In this document: positions 26,647-35,591 of the stretch, piece after piece | Position numbering within the stretch: the first letter of the stretch is position 1 | Layout: every line of letters starts with the position of its first letter | IMG/VR virus record: IMGVR_UViG_3300031576_000009 | Coordinates: 37,721 to 101,720 of that record | DNA length: 64,000 nt | DNA from: a virus | Reading direction: 5' to 3' (one strand) | Position numbers and translations under genes: made by a program | The notes under the pieces: generated by a model | What the model was told of the DNA's origin: nothing | What the model saw: only the letters and a program-made list of their open reading frames with translations | Database searches by the model: none

Positions 26647-26763
26647 TTACGATGCATCTTCGTTCTTGGACCGTTTGTGCTTCGGGCTGTCGCAGCTACA
26701 ACCCTTGCCCTTGCACTTGTCGTGCATTCCCAACGCACACATCGGACACTTCTTGCCTTCCAT
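26647..26763 (-). CDS. 38-aa Cys/His-rich peptide
   Basis: Hand translation MEGKKCPMCALGMHDKCKGKGCSCDSPKHKRSKNEDAS; GAGGAG RBS. Confidence 0.6.
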   Translation of the reverse strand: MEGKKCPMCALGMHDKCKGKGCSCDSPKHKRSKNEDAS

Positions 26764-26817
26764 GATCGATCTCCTCTCTCACCTGGTCGACGTGTTCAGT
26801 ACTTCTTGCCGCCCTTT

Positions 26818-27192
26818 TTATTCTTGCCCTTGCCCATGTGCATCACCTCCTTTCGAGCCTTGGTCACTCGACAACTCCTTCCGTCTGGAGCGCAGCAACG
26901 ACACGGACTCGGCAGCCTGTACGATTGCTTTCAATTCGTCGATGAACCACGATGATGGTTGGGCGGCTGCGCTGCGTTCCTCGATCTTCTTTGCCAACCA
27001 CGCTGCGCGATCAGCCAGAATCCTCAGCACGCGCCCGCTGCTCAAGCGCGGCGAATCGCGAAGAGCCTCAACGTAAAAATCTGGTACGAACGTCGCTCTG
27101 CGTTTGCGCATTCGGCATTTGGAGCAGACCCGCTCGCCTCTACCGCAACTTTGCCAATGATGCTGGCAGTTCGCGCCAACCACCTTACTCAT
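26818..27192 (-). CDS. hypothetical protein with N-terminal zinc ribbon
   Basis: CQHHW...CSKC; ATGA coupling. Confidence 0.65.
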   Translation of the reverse strand: MSKVVGANCQHHWQSCGRGERVCSKCRMRKRRATFVPDFYVEALRDSPRLSSGRVLRILADRAAWLAKKIEERSAAAQPSSWFIDELKAIVQAAESVSLLRSRRKELSSDQGSKGGDAHGQGQE

Positions 27193-27767
27193 TCAACGAC
27201 TCCTTCCAGATTGGGAACCTGGGTTTGGCGTTGCGATTCACGATCCTGCCTGAGCAAGCGCATGGCGTTCTGTGCATCCTGATCGGTGAGGGGCACGGCG
27301 CCACCAGCCATGGCCAACTGCTGATTTAGGATGTTGGTCTCGTTCCCTTTGCCAAGCACAGGGAGCTTCCCCAGTGCCTGCCAGAGCATTCTGATCATAT
27401 CGATGGCCAAGGACGGTTGCGCGTTCTTCCCCTTCACATTGCGGATGACCGTTCGCGCACTGCGAATCGAATCGAGATAGAGCCCTTGGAACTGGCGCTC
27501 TGCCCGATCCATAATCTCCGTGGTCATCTGCTCGATGAGGGACTGTACTTCTGGATTCTCTATAAGAGAGGTCAGGGTGTCGTCCCCAAGATCGAGCTCC
27601 CGACCGATCGATTTGTTGGAACGACCGTACGCGACCAAGAACGCGAGCCGTCGTTTCACCCGATGTAGCAGTTGTACTTGACTCTTCTGCTGCTTCTTGT
27701 TGCGGTTCACCTTCCAGGGGGTACTCTCTACGAGAGTACCCCGCTGCTTCTTCTTCCAGGTTGTCAT
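27189..27767 (-). CDS. HTH protein, terminase small subunit-like
   Basis: GRSNKSIGRELDLGDDTL HTH then helical bundle and TNILNQ tail. Confidence 0.55.
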   Translation of the reverse strand: MTTWKKKQRGTLVESTPWKVNRNKKQQKSQVQLLHRVKRRLAFLVAYGRSNKSIGRELDLGDDTLTSLIENPEVQSLIEQMTTEIMDRAERQFQGLYLDSIRSARTVIRNVKGKNAQPSLAIDMIRMLWQALGKLPVLGKGNETNILNQQLAMAGGAVPLTDQDAQNAMRLLRQDRESQRQTQVPNLEGVVE

Positions 27768-27778
27768 GGGGCTGAAGT

Positions 27779-28000
27779 CTACCTGAGGGCTCCGTCCCGT
27801 TCGAGTTCGTGCTGCCGGACGAGATGATCCACTTTGAGATACAGCTCCAGCGGGTTGTGCGCGATGAACGAGAGGAGCCGCAGAGGGCCCACGTGCTGCG
27901 TGGTTCCGTTCCCGATGTTCACGCTGGCGCTCACGATCAGACGATTGAGATGCTCCAACTTCTCGTCGATGGTCTCTGGTGCAGGCTGATGTTCACTCAT
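27779..28000 (-). CDS. hypothetical protein
   Basis: ORF track, GGAAGGGG upstream. Confidence 0.6.
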   Translation of the reverse strand: MSEHQPAPETIDEKLEHLNRLIVSASVNIGNGTTQHVGPLRLLSFIAHNPLELYLKVDHLVRQHELERDGALR

Positions 28001-28231
28001 GAGCGATAGCCCCTTCCTGCGCCTTCCAGGGTGAGCTCGACTTGCATGCCGAACAGTTCACTTCCAGGGATTTGGTGCCCGTCGGTGATGTCGATCCGGA
28101 TGTGCTCTACCCTGGTGCGGATCACCAGGCCGGTCATTGACCAGGTCATGGCCACGGGTGACCGCCTGGAGCGGACAATCGAGATACGCAGGATTCACCT
28201 GTTCGAGTGCGACAAGCAGATCACCGATCAC
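27997..28231 (-). pseudogene. frameshifted paralog of 28228-28440
   Basis: Span is 3n+1; removing one base near 28156-28158 gives one ORF coupled on both sides; shares DL...L...NPAY. Confidence 0.5.
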
Positions 28232-28440
28232 GAAGCGTTTTCATGAAATGATGGTAACTCCACTACGACAATCTCCACCTCGTCACCGTAGTCGTGATGG
28301 ACACTGAGCTGCAAGCGATCGATAGGACACTGGAGCACGGTGCCATCCCACAGGTACACCGTGACGAAGATCAGCTGGTTCGCGTACGCGGGGTTGAGCA
28401 CGTCGAGTTCCGTCTTCAGATCACTGACGGTACGGATCAC
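28228..28440 (-). CDS. hypothetical protein
   Basis: GTGA coupling. Confidence 0.65.
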   Translation of the reverse strand: MIRTVSDLKTELDVLNPAYANQLIFVTVYLWDGTVLQCPIDRLQLSVHHDYGDEVEIVVVELPSFHENAS

Positions 28441-28736
28441 GGCCGGAGTTCCTTGTGCAGCTGCGCCACGATCGCATCCGCGATGTGCTGTGCGAGAGCC
28501 TCGCGCTCGTTGCAGTCCAGGTAAACGCGTGTGTTCGTCCGATCTGCACTAGCGCGCACCATGTCGTCGAACAGGATTTGCGCGCACTGAGTGACGTTGC
28601 GCCCGTACAGATCAGGGCGATCCTTCACGGTGTGTGCGAACTCGTCGTAGAGCTCCTTGCTGACCCTGATCTTCAGGATGCGAAACCGCTTCGTCCCGTT
28701 CTTCTTCGCCTTCCGCTTCCCCTGTTTCATACGCAC
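28437..28736 (-). CDS. ribbon-helix-helix-like DNA-binding protein
   Basis: ILKIRVSKELYDEF...NVTQCAQIL. Confidence 0.55.
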   Translation of the reverse strand: MRMKQGKRKAKKNGTKRFRILKIRVSKELYDEFAHTVKDRPDLYGRNVTQCAQILFDDMVRASADRTNTRVYLDCNEREALAQHIADAIVAQLHKELRP

Positions 28737-29029
28737 TCCTCGTGTAGGCGTTCATCCCGGTTGCCTGCCGCAGTGTTCACCGGTCCGAACGCAGGTTCCC
28801 CCTTGGAGATCGTCTTGCGGCAGTTCGAACAGGGACGATCTCCACGTACTTCGCAGAGGCTCCACATCTGCTTCCCGTGGATCGGGTGCGTGACACCGAT
28901 CAGCTGATCGGAGAGCGTCTTCACGCGGGTGTACTGCCGCGGGGCATGGATTTCCGCTCCGCAGACGGTACAGACCCCGAGCTCGACGGCCCCTTTCGCT
29001 CCGCACAGTGGACACTTCTTCATCATCAT
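28727..29029 (-). CDS. zinc-ribbon protein
   Basis: CPLC, CTVC, CSNC, HEEC. Confidence 0.7.
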   Translation of the reverse strand: MMMKKCPLCGAKGAVELGVCTVCGAEIHAPRQYTRVKTLSDQLIGVTHPIHGKQMWSLCEVRGDRPCSNCRKTISKGEPAFGPVNTAAGNRDERLHEECV

Positions 29030-29241
29030 ACCGGCTTCGTACCGATCGTGATCTCGTACTTCTTCCCGACCGTGTATTGCGCCGCCTCTCGTGGGCTCAC
29101 GTAGTACTTGAATGAGCTCTGCGGGTAGAAGACCTTCCACTCGTCATCAACGAACGTGAGCATGACCACCAGCATCATCTTGCCCATGGCGCCAGGGTCG
29201 CTCCGCTCGAACTCCAGCTTCTTGATCAGTTTGACCTTCAT
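29026..29241 (-). CDS. hypothetical protein
   Basis: ATGA coupling. Confidence 0.7.
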   Translation of the reverse strand: MKVKLIKKLEFERSDPGAMGKMMLVVMLTFVDDEWKVFYPQSSFKYYVSPREAAQYTVGKKYEITIGTKPV

Positions 29242-29621
29242 GACTTCCCCCCAAGTCGAACTCCACGCGGACGCGTACAGAACTCCATTCGCCAGATTGG
29301 AGGATCGGCAATGTCACCATCCCAAATGCGATAGACGCGAGAGATCGCATGCACATCAAGGTTGTGTTCGTGCGCCCAGGCGAGCGCACGAAATCCAACA
29401 GTGCGATCGCCGAGAAAGTCCACAGTCGGCCACTCGTACGAATGCCCCTTGCCACCCTGACAGGACTGACACGTCTCGAACCCACCGACCCGCATGATGT
29501 GTACCGCATGTGCGATACCTGGATCGAGTTTGGCGTCCTTCAGTTCCTTCTGAGAGAGACGCACTCCTTTCGAAAGCAGTCCGTCAAATGGGCGACCGAC
29601 TGGTAACTGCTTCACGCTCAT
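29238..29621 (-). CDS. conserved phage hypothetical protein (LDPGI...ETCQSCQGG)
   Basis: Recognisable motif; ATGA coupling. Confidence 0.75.
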   Translation of the reverse strand: MSVKQLPVGRPFDGLLSKGVRLSQKELKDAKLDPGIAHAVHIMRVGGFETCQSCQGGKGHSYEWPTVDFLGDRTVGFRALAWAHEHNLDVHAISRVYRIWDGDIADPPIWRMEFCTRPRGVRLGGKS

Positions 29622-29881
29622 GAGGTCACGATGTGGATTGAGGCGCCACAGTGGGGGCAGAACTTGGTGTGTAGGATCGAGACTAAGTCCTCATTCGGGT
29701 ACGCGACGTGGAGCACGAACACGAAGCTATCTAGATTATAGTGGACGCCGAACGGCCACTCGTCGTGCAGCAGCTTGCCCATAACCGCGCAGCATGGTGT
29801 GGCGCTCACGATCTTCGCGTCGCAGCAGAACGGGCCGGCGTTGACGGCGTTGCCCTCCCGCGTGACCTTGAGCATGCTCAT
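29618..29881 (-). CDS. Cys-rich hypothetical protein
   Basis: CC...FCPHCG; AGGAGG RBS. Confidence 0.7.
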   Translation of the reverse strand: MSMLKVTREGNAVNAGPFCCDAKIVSATPCCAVMGKLLHDEWPFGVHYNLDSFVFVLHVAYPNEDLVSILHTKFCPHCGASIHIVTS

Positions 29882-30044
29882 CGATCTCAGCCCTCCTTTC
29901 ATTGGCACACCGCGTTACCGCGAAAACGCGAATCGCTCGATCTGAGGCCCCTGGAGGCCCTCCCCTACGTGTGGGGTACCCACCCCCGACAAAACCCCCC
30001 TCTACGAGGCTGCTGGGGGCCAAGAACGGGCACTCCTGAAGGCA

Positions 30045-30284
30045 TCACTTCCCCGGTTCGTCCCGGAAGGCCGGTTCACCCCCCTTGCTGGCATCAAAGA
30101 CGGGGTACTTCCTCCGACGGACCGCGGCCGAGACCTGGCAGTGTAGGTGGTGGTCGATCCGCCGATTGAGAAACTCCAGCGTCTCCATCGGCATCGTGTC
30201 GACGTTGACGTTGAACACGCCAGCTATCCCGTCCAACATCTCACGAAACCAGAAAAGCGTACCGAGCTCTCGTCCTTCACTCAT
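30045..30284 (-). CDS. hypothetical protein
   Basis: AGGAGG RBS, ATGA coupling. Confidence 0.65.
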   Translation of the reverse strand: MSEGRELGTLFWFREMLDGIAGVFNVNVDTMPMETLEFLNRRIDHHLHCQVSAAVRRRKYPVFDASKGGEPAFRDEPGK

Positions 30285-30799
30285 GCCGGCGCCTCCTTCA
30301 GTTTGCCGAGCGTCGCGAAGTCCCCCATCAGCACGTCGGCACGGAGATGCTCGACCACCGTGGTGTACTGCTTCAGCTCAGTGTTGATCGCGTCGATGAA
30401 GGCGTAGAGCTCCACGGCCCGTCCCGCCTCCTGGTAGAAGCGCAGGAGCGGCGCGAAGGACCCATCGCCGGAGGCTACTGCCAGATGGGTGTAGCCATCC
30501 AGGCGTTCGAGCTCCTGTATCTGCAACGCGAAGCCGGCCACCCGCTCCATGTACTCGTACCCGAGTCGCTTCAGGGCACCATGGAAGTTGCCGAGATCGC
30601 GCTTCTCTTCCGGGATGAATGCCAGGCTGTAGATCACGGCGAAGTGCCGCTTCCCGACGATGCGTTCCCGGAGCTTCTTGAAGTCGATGCGGGCCCCACG
30701 CCCGAACATCTCACGGGCACTGTGAAACAGATTGGGCGCGTCCACAACGAGCAGCATGGTGTCCTGCTCATTAGGCTGCCCTGCTCGTCCGGCCGGCAT
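30281..30799 (-). CDS. NYN (LabA/DUF88, PIN-like) nuclease
   Basis: VDAPNL, LAVASGDGSFAPL, G-AVEL. Confidence 0.85.
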   Translation of the reverse strand: MPAGRAGQPNEQDTMLLVVDAPNLFHSAREMFGRGARIDFKKLRERIVGKRHFAVIYSLAFIPEEKRDLGNFHGALKRLGYEYMERVAGFALQIQELERLDGYTHLAVASGDGSFAPLLRFYQEAGRAVELYAFIDAINTELKQYTTVVEHLRADVLMGDFATLGKLKEAPA

Positions 30800-31310
30800 A
30801 GTGCTGTCTCCACAAGCGTCGCCAGTCTGCCGGAGAGGTCTTCTCGAACAGAATGTTCAGGTGGAAGAAGAGCAGCACCCTGGTCTTCAGGAGCGGCTCT
30901 TTCAGTGGAACGATCAACGTCTGGACAGCGAGTGCATCCTGTAGCGCGAGGCACACGATCCATGGCTGCCGATTCTGTCGGTACACGAGGAGGGGAATCT
31001 TGCTCTTCTCCCGTGCGGCCTGGCGTGCCTGACGCCAGCATTCCCACAGGAACGAATCCCGTCCACGGAACAGGTAGCCATCGACCGTGACCTTCTTGTC
31101 GCGCTTCACCTCGACCGCAAATACCCACGGCTTCGCGAGACCACCACGAGCGGGCACGATGTCACCGGCCTGATCAGGGAAGAGCTTGCGGCCCCTCGAA
31201 CCAGGCATGCGCATCAGTGCCCGCTTGTCGCGGTAGTACCACTCACCGAAGAGCTCCGCGGCTTCGTTCTCGCCGCTGTTACCCTTCGCCTTACGACCCT
31301 TCTGGGTCAT
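30771..31310 (-). CDS. Holliday junction resolvase (PD-(D/E)XK)
   Basis: KGNSGENE, GDI, VEVK, W-QA, PLLVYRQNR. Confidence 0.85.
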   Translation of the reverse strand: MTQKGRKAKGNSGENEAAELFGEWYYRDKRALMRMPGSRGRKLFPDQAGDIVPARGGLAKPWVFAVEVKRDKKVTVDGYLFRGRDSFLWECWRQARQAAREKSKIPLLVYRQNRQPWIVCLALQDALAVQTLIVPLKEPLLKTRVLLFFHLNILFEKTSPADWRRLWRQHYAGRTSRAA

Positions 31311-31311
31311 C

Positions 31312-31587
31312 TCATCCCTTAGGCAGGAACGGATCAGAAGACCTCGGGTAGGTGCGCTCGCTCTGGATCACACCGTTCTTCTTGTGGATCACGAGCGAGG
31401 AGGGCTCGGTGTCCTTCGCCAGCGTGATCGCCAGGCGCATGGCGTCCCGCTTGTCGCGAGCGTTCGTGGAGTAGCCCTTCACTCGCCAGACCTTCCACTT
31501 CTTCTCGTAGACCAGGTGGAACTGCTTACGCCGCTGACCGGTGCGCCTTCTTGCGCTTCGTCCGCCGCGGCGGCTCTTCTTGGCCAT
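31312..31587 (-). CDS. DUF2188-like protein
   Basis: HLV...WRVK...LVIHKKNGVIQSERTY...DP. Confidence 0.8.
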   Translation of the reverse strand: MAKKSRRGGRSARRRTGQRRKQFHLVYEKKWKVWRVKGYSTNARDKRDAMRLAITLAKDTEPSSLVIHKKNGVIQSERTYPRSSDPFLPKG

Positions 31588-32038
31588 GCCGCATCTCCTT
31601 CATCGCTGTAAGGGCGCTCCGCAGCGACCAGACGCGGAGACGCCAACGCAGCGTAGCCGGGTGAACACCTACCCGCTCAGCCCATGCCGACAGGCATAGT
31701 GTTTCACCGTTGAACGTAATCAACCGATTGTTTCGCTTGTTGCGACACTGTGCTCGCCGATCGACCCACCTGCAGTTCGTAGGATCATACCCCTTATTGT
31801 TGTCGATTCGGTCAAGCTCTAGGCCAGATGGTCGCTGTCTCATATCGGCCAGAAAGTTCGCAAATGAGCGCCAGCGAACACAGACCGCAATCCCGCGTCC
31901 ACCATACGCCCCAAAGTCTTTGTCAGTCGGACTGTTGCAGCGCGCGATCATGTGTTTCCAGACACGATACGTCGGCGTAGCAATGCCGCGATTCGTGCCG
32001 CCGTGCTTCCAATTACCATGTCGAGCTTGTTCGATCAC
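31526..32038 (-). CDS. HNH homing endonuclease
   Basis: W-HMIARC, YGGRGI, LDRIDNNKGY-P-NCRW; lower GC than neighbours. Confidence 0.9.
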   Translation of the reverse strand: MIEQARHGNWKHGGTNRGIATPTYRVWKHMIARCNSPTDKDFGAYGGRGIAVCVRWRSFANFLADMRQRPSGLELDRIDNNKGYDPTNCRWVDRRAQCRNKRNNRLITFNGETLCLSAWAERVGVHPATLRWRLRVWSLRSALTAMKEMRHGQEEPPRRTKRKKAHRSAA

Positions 32039-32041
32039 TGA

Positions 32042-32602
32042 TCACCGACCTCGCTTGACTCGCTTCCTCTTCTTTTTGGGACGACCTTCAACAGCGCTAC
32101 CAGCAATACGTCCCTTCGTCTGTCGATACAGGCGAGCAATCCGCTTCAGCGCAGCTCGTTCATCTGACGCCGGGCCGAACTTCCTAATCTCCTCCTCGAA
32201 CCGTGGGACTTCGAGATCGTGGAGCCGCAGCTTGTACCGAATCCGACCGTGGTCGTCCTTGATGGGCAGCTGCGCCTCGTCGAGGAAGAGATCGAAGTGG
32301 TACAGCTCGTGCCACATCAGCCGGAGCCTGGCCCGAGGTCCCATGTCCTTCCACAGGTCCTTGGCCATGATCACGGCGCCATCGAAGCCGAAGAGGTCGC
32401 GCTCGCGAGCGGAGAGCTTGCGCGCTTCCCCATGTACGAAGCGCCCGGTGGTGCGGTTGAGTCGCGCGGGGGTCCGCCACCCGTACAGCAACCGCATGTG
32501 CTGCAGGTGCGGGAAGTCGGCCTTGATGACCTCAGCCGCGAGCTTCTGCAGCTCGCGGCTGTCGTCCCGCACGTACCGTGGTCGTGTTGACAGCTCGGTC
32601 AT
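32042..32602 (-). CDS. putative phage metallopeptidase
   Basis: HELYH...HDLE. Confidence 0.8.
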   Translation of the reverse strand: MTELSTRPRYVRDDSRELQKLAAEVIKADFPHLQHMRLLYGWRTPARLNRTTGRFVHGEARKLSARERDLFGFDGAVIMAKDLWKDMGPRARLRLMWHELYHFDLFLDEAQLPIKDDHGRIRYKLRLHDLEVPRFEEEIRKFGPASDERAALKRIARLYRQTKGRIAGSAVEGRPKKKRKRVKRGR

Positions 32603-34298
32603 GTACGTCTCCTTGTACCATTCGGGTTACATCCACCGCTTGCTCGATCTCACGCACGACACGACACCCTTGCAGATGTATCACGCGTGGGAAAAACGAA
32701 TCAAGCTCTGCGCGATGGGAAGTCACGAAGATGGACTCCCGACCACATCGTCCGAGTACCTGCAGGGCCTTCTGAATACCGAGCGGATCGAGGTTCTCGA
32801 ACGGCTCATCGAGGAACCAGCAGTTGGTCGCCTGGGGCATGAACTCCTGGAACGCCATCGCGATCGCGAAGTCCACGCGGCGTCGTTCTCCCCCCGAGAG
32901 GAGGGCGTACTTTCGCCCCCCGGCATAGCGAAGTCGTTGCACGAGGCGATCTCCAGCAACATCAAATAGGCAACTAAGAACACCTTTCTGTGTAGGGAGA
33001 TGACGGAGAGTATGGTCAACAGCTGCATTAAGCCGAGGGACCACACGAGCCAACGCATGAGTCTCGATCCCTCGGGAGGAGAAGCCGTCCTTCCACCAGT
33101 CCCAGTACCGTCCTCGCTCATCGAGCACCCCAACCTGTTCTTCGAGCGCCTTCCGTTCCACCTGGGCAGCCGCCAACCGCGTGCGAGCCCGTTGCAGGCT
33201 CGCGTTGATCGCCTCCACGTTCACGTTCACGTACTTCAGCTGGGCATCGATCTCCTTCAGACGCGTGTCGTACTTGTCGATCTGATCGTAGGCAGCTGTG
33301 AGCGCACGCGGGTCGATCTCCTCCGAGAGCCGCGCCAGGCGATCCTCGTACTCCCGGATGGAGCGCAGCGTGCTCTTCTTCTCCTCCTTGAGATCAGCCA
33401 GGGTCTGCTTCGTGCTCTTCTTGGTCAGCGACTGCCCGCACATCGGACAGGTCTTGGTCGCCGAGAGCTCCTCGATCCGCCGATGTGTTCCTTCGAGCAG
33501 GCTGGAGAGGAGCGCGATCTGTCGCTTGCAGTCGTCGATGTGCTCCTGCTGCGCCTCCCACTGCGATAGGCTATCCGCGAGCCGGCGCTTCCGCTTGGTG
33601 ATCTTGGTCCGCTCCTCGTCGAGAGCCTGCGCGTTGATGGTCCGCTCACGCTGCGCCCGCTTCAGGGAAGACTTCGCCGTGTCGACCGATTCGATGGCGA
33701 CCGTCTCCTGCCCCTTCGCATTCTCCAGGCGAAGGCTGAGCGCGGCGTACTCTTCGCTGATCGCCTTGGCCCGACCCTTCACATACTCGCCGGCCTGAGT
33801 GAACCGCTCGAAGCGGAAGAGCTCGCGAATGAACCGCTTCTGCTCTCGCTCAGGGAGGGTGCTGAACGGCGTGGTGAAGTTGGGGACGAGGGTGTGGATG
33901 AACTGATCGTCGGTGAGACCGAGAACGTCCCGGAGCACTTCATCGGTCCGGGCAGTGTGGCGAGCAGATACTTCGGCGCCATCAACGAACAGACGTACGC
34001 TGTTCTTCCCCACCGCATGCCCACGGTAACGTTCAACAGCGATCTGCTTGTTAAGACGCTCCAGCTCAACTCGTACCCAGGCACCGCCGTGACGGCCTTC
34101 GTCGCGGACCAGATCATCGAGAACCTCCACACGATCGATGAGCCCCTTCAGTGCCCAGCAGATCGCCGTTGGAATCGAACTCTTCCCGGAGCCGTTCGGC
34201 CCCACGACGTACGTGAGCCCACGCTCCGCGAGCGTGAAGTCCATCTTCTCCCAGCCGAGGAAGTTCTCGGCCTGTACACGCTGCAGGCGCAGCATCAC
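32532..34298 (-). CDS. Rad50/SbcC (gp46-like) ATPase
   Basis: GPNGSGKSS, zinc hook CPMC, LSGGE, FLDEPFENLD, TSH. Confidence 0.95.
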   Translation of the reverse strand: MMLRLQRVQAENFLGWEKMDFTLAERGLTYVVGPNGSGKSSIPTAICWALKGLIDRVEVLDDLVRDEGRHGGAWVRVELERLNKQIAVERYRGHAVGKNSVRLFVDGAEVSARHTARTDEVLRDVLGLTDDQFIHTLVPNFTTPFSTLPEREQKRFIRELFRFERFTQAGEYVKGRAKAISEEYAALSLRLENAKGQETVAIESVDTAKSSLKRAQRERTINAQALDEERTKITKRKRRLADSLSQWEAQQEHIDDCKRQIALLSSLLEGTHRRIEELSATKTCPMCGQSLTKKSTKQTLADLKEEKKSTLRSIREYEDRLARLSEEIDPRALTAAYDQIDKYDTRLKEIDAQLKYVNVNVEAINASLQRARTRLAAAQVERKALEEQVGVLDERGRYWDWWKDGFSSRGIETHALARVVPRLNAAVDHTLRHLPTQKGVLSCLFDVAGDRLVQRLRYAGGRKYALLSGGERRRVDFAIAMAFQEFMPQATNCWFLDEPFENLDPLGIQKALQVLGRCGRESIFVTSHRAELDSFFPRVIHLQGCRVVREIEQAVDVTRMVQGDVHDRAVNTTTVRAGRQPRAAEARG

Positions 34299-34504
34299 GT
34301 GCTCTTCTTGTGGTGCTCGGCAACGCAGCCGGCGCAGAACTGTTGGTAGGGTCGACAGAAGTTACTGAGCTGCAGCGTAGTTCGTGGACGATGACCACGA
34401 CGATCGAGGCAGTCGAGGCACTCGGTACAGAACAGGCCACCATGGTTCAGCCGAGACACGTACGTCGTGCTCTCCCCATGACCACAAGGATTGTCGTAGA
34501 GCAT
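34295..34504 (-). CDS. small Cys-rich protein
   Basis: Coupled between Mre11 and Rad50 genes. Confidence 0.6.
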   Translation of the reverse strand: MLYDNPCGHGESTTYVSRLNHGGLFCTECLDCLDRRGHRPRTTLQLSNFCRPYQQFCAGCVAEHHKKST

Positions 34505-35586
34505 CAGCTAGCCCCCCGAAGTGCGAGCTTCCCGATCTTCTTGAGTCGCTTCGCCCGGAGATCGGACTCGTCCGAGAGGTGCTGCTCCACGTAGTCGTCG
34601 ACCACTTCCTCGAAGTTGATCGGGTCCTGGTCGCTTGTCTCCTGCAGCTCTTCCGCGACCTGGGCGCTGTCGACGGCGATGACGAACGGCTCGATCGAGC
34701 GTGGATCGTGTTCCTTCAAGCGCTCGGTGGCCTCACGGATGCGTCGTGGTCCAGTGCGCTGCACCCGCACGAAGTTCCCACGCACCCGCGTGTCGAGCTT
34801 CTCGTCGGGCCAGGTACACACGTCCACGTCGACCAGCGTACGAAAGCGCGGGAACTTGACCGGTACGAACTTGAACTTCGGGCGCTTGCCTGGCCCGCGA
34901 AAGGTGATCTCCCACATGCCCCGCCGCTTCCCTTCGTCTCCCCACTCGTGCTGCATGCAGGCACCCCAGTACCGGAACCAATCGTACTTGATCTCGTCGT
35001 GGTAGTGCCCCGAGGCCATGTAGATACGGTGCTCGAACATCTTATAGCTGCCGGCGCGTCCGATGAGGCGGCCTCGGTACGGCACGTCGGCGAAGTCGTG
35101 ATGGAACCCGAGCAGCTCGCACTGTTGCGTGATATGCTTCCAGACATCGGCCTCGAACAGTCCCTTGGCCTGGTGCATCCAGGGGACCATGGTGATCACG
35201 TGTCCACCGGCCACCGAGCACTCCCGGATGCCGGTATCGATTACGTCGAAGAGGTTGCGGAACGGTTCCAACGCGTGATCGAAGCCCATGAGATCGCGGT
35301 CGTGATTGCCCAGAAGAAAACGCCACACATGCCCACGATCCCGAGCACGCCGAGCCCAACGGGCCAGGCCACCAGCAGCGGTAGCAAGTACGTGATCGTG
35401 TAGGTGAAATACATCTCCAAAGAAAATGCCATCGGTGATCTTCTCCCGGTCCATGTACTCGGTCGCTTGATCGAGTACTGACAGCCCGTCGAGCAACCGA
35501 CTCTGGCCCTTCCCCGGTATGATCTCACCGTACTGCGGCCACTCATGGAGATGCAGATCAGACAGTGCGAGCGCTCGGTCTTCCAT
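34504..35586 (-). CDS. Mre11/SbcD (gp47-like) nuclease
   Basis: DLH, GDVFH, GNHD, HH, GHYH. Confidence 0.95.
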   Translation of the reverse strand: MEDRALALSDLHLHEWPQYGEIIPGKGQSRLLDGLSVLDQATEYMDREKITDGIFFGDVFHLHDHVLATAAGGLARWARRARDRGHVWRFLLGNHDRDLMGFDHALEPFRNLFDVIDTGIRECSVAGGHVITMVPWMHQAKGLFEADVWKHITQQCELLGFHHDFADVPYRGRLIGRAGSYKMFEHRIYMASGHYHDEIKYDWFRYWGACMQHEWGDEGKRRGMWEITFRGPGKRPKFKFVPVKFPRFRTLVDVDVCTWPDEKLDTRVRGNFVRVQRTGPRRIREATERLKEHDPRSIEPFVIAVDSAQVAEELQETSDQDPINFEEVVDDYVEQHLSDESDLRAKRLKKIGKLALRGAS

Positions 35587-35591
35587 CGTGA

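Noticed and set aside
26647-26763. Suspected frameshift in the Cys-rich peptide
   Set aside because: Re-translation shows an intact 38-codon frame.
25240-26955. 571-aa plus-strand ORF
   Set aside because: Antisense shadow of the M12B protease in high-GC DNA; no motifs.
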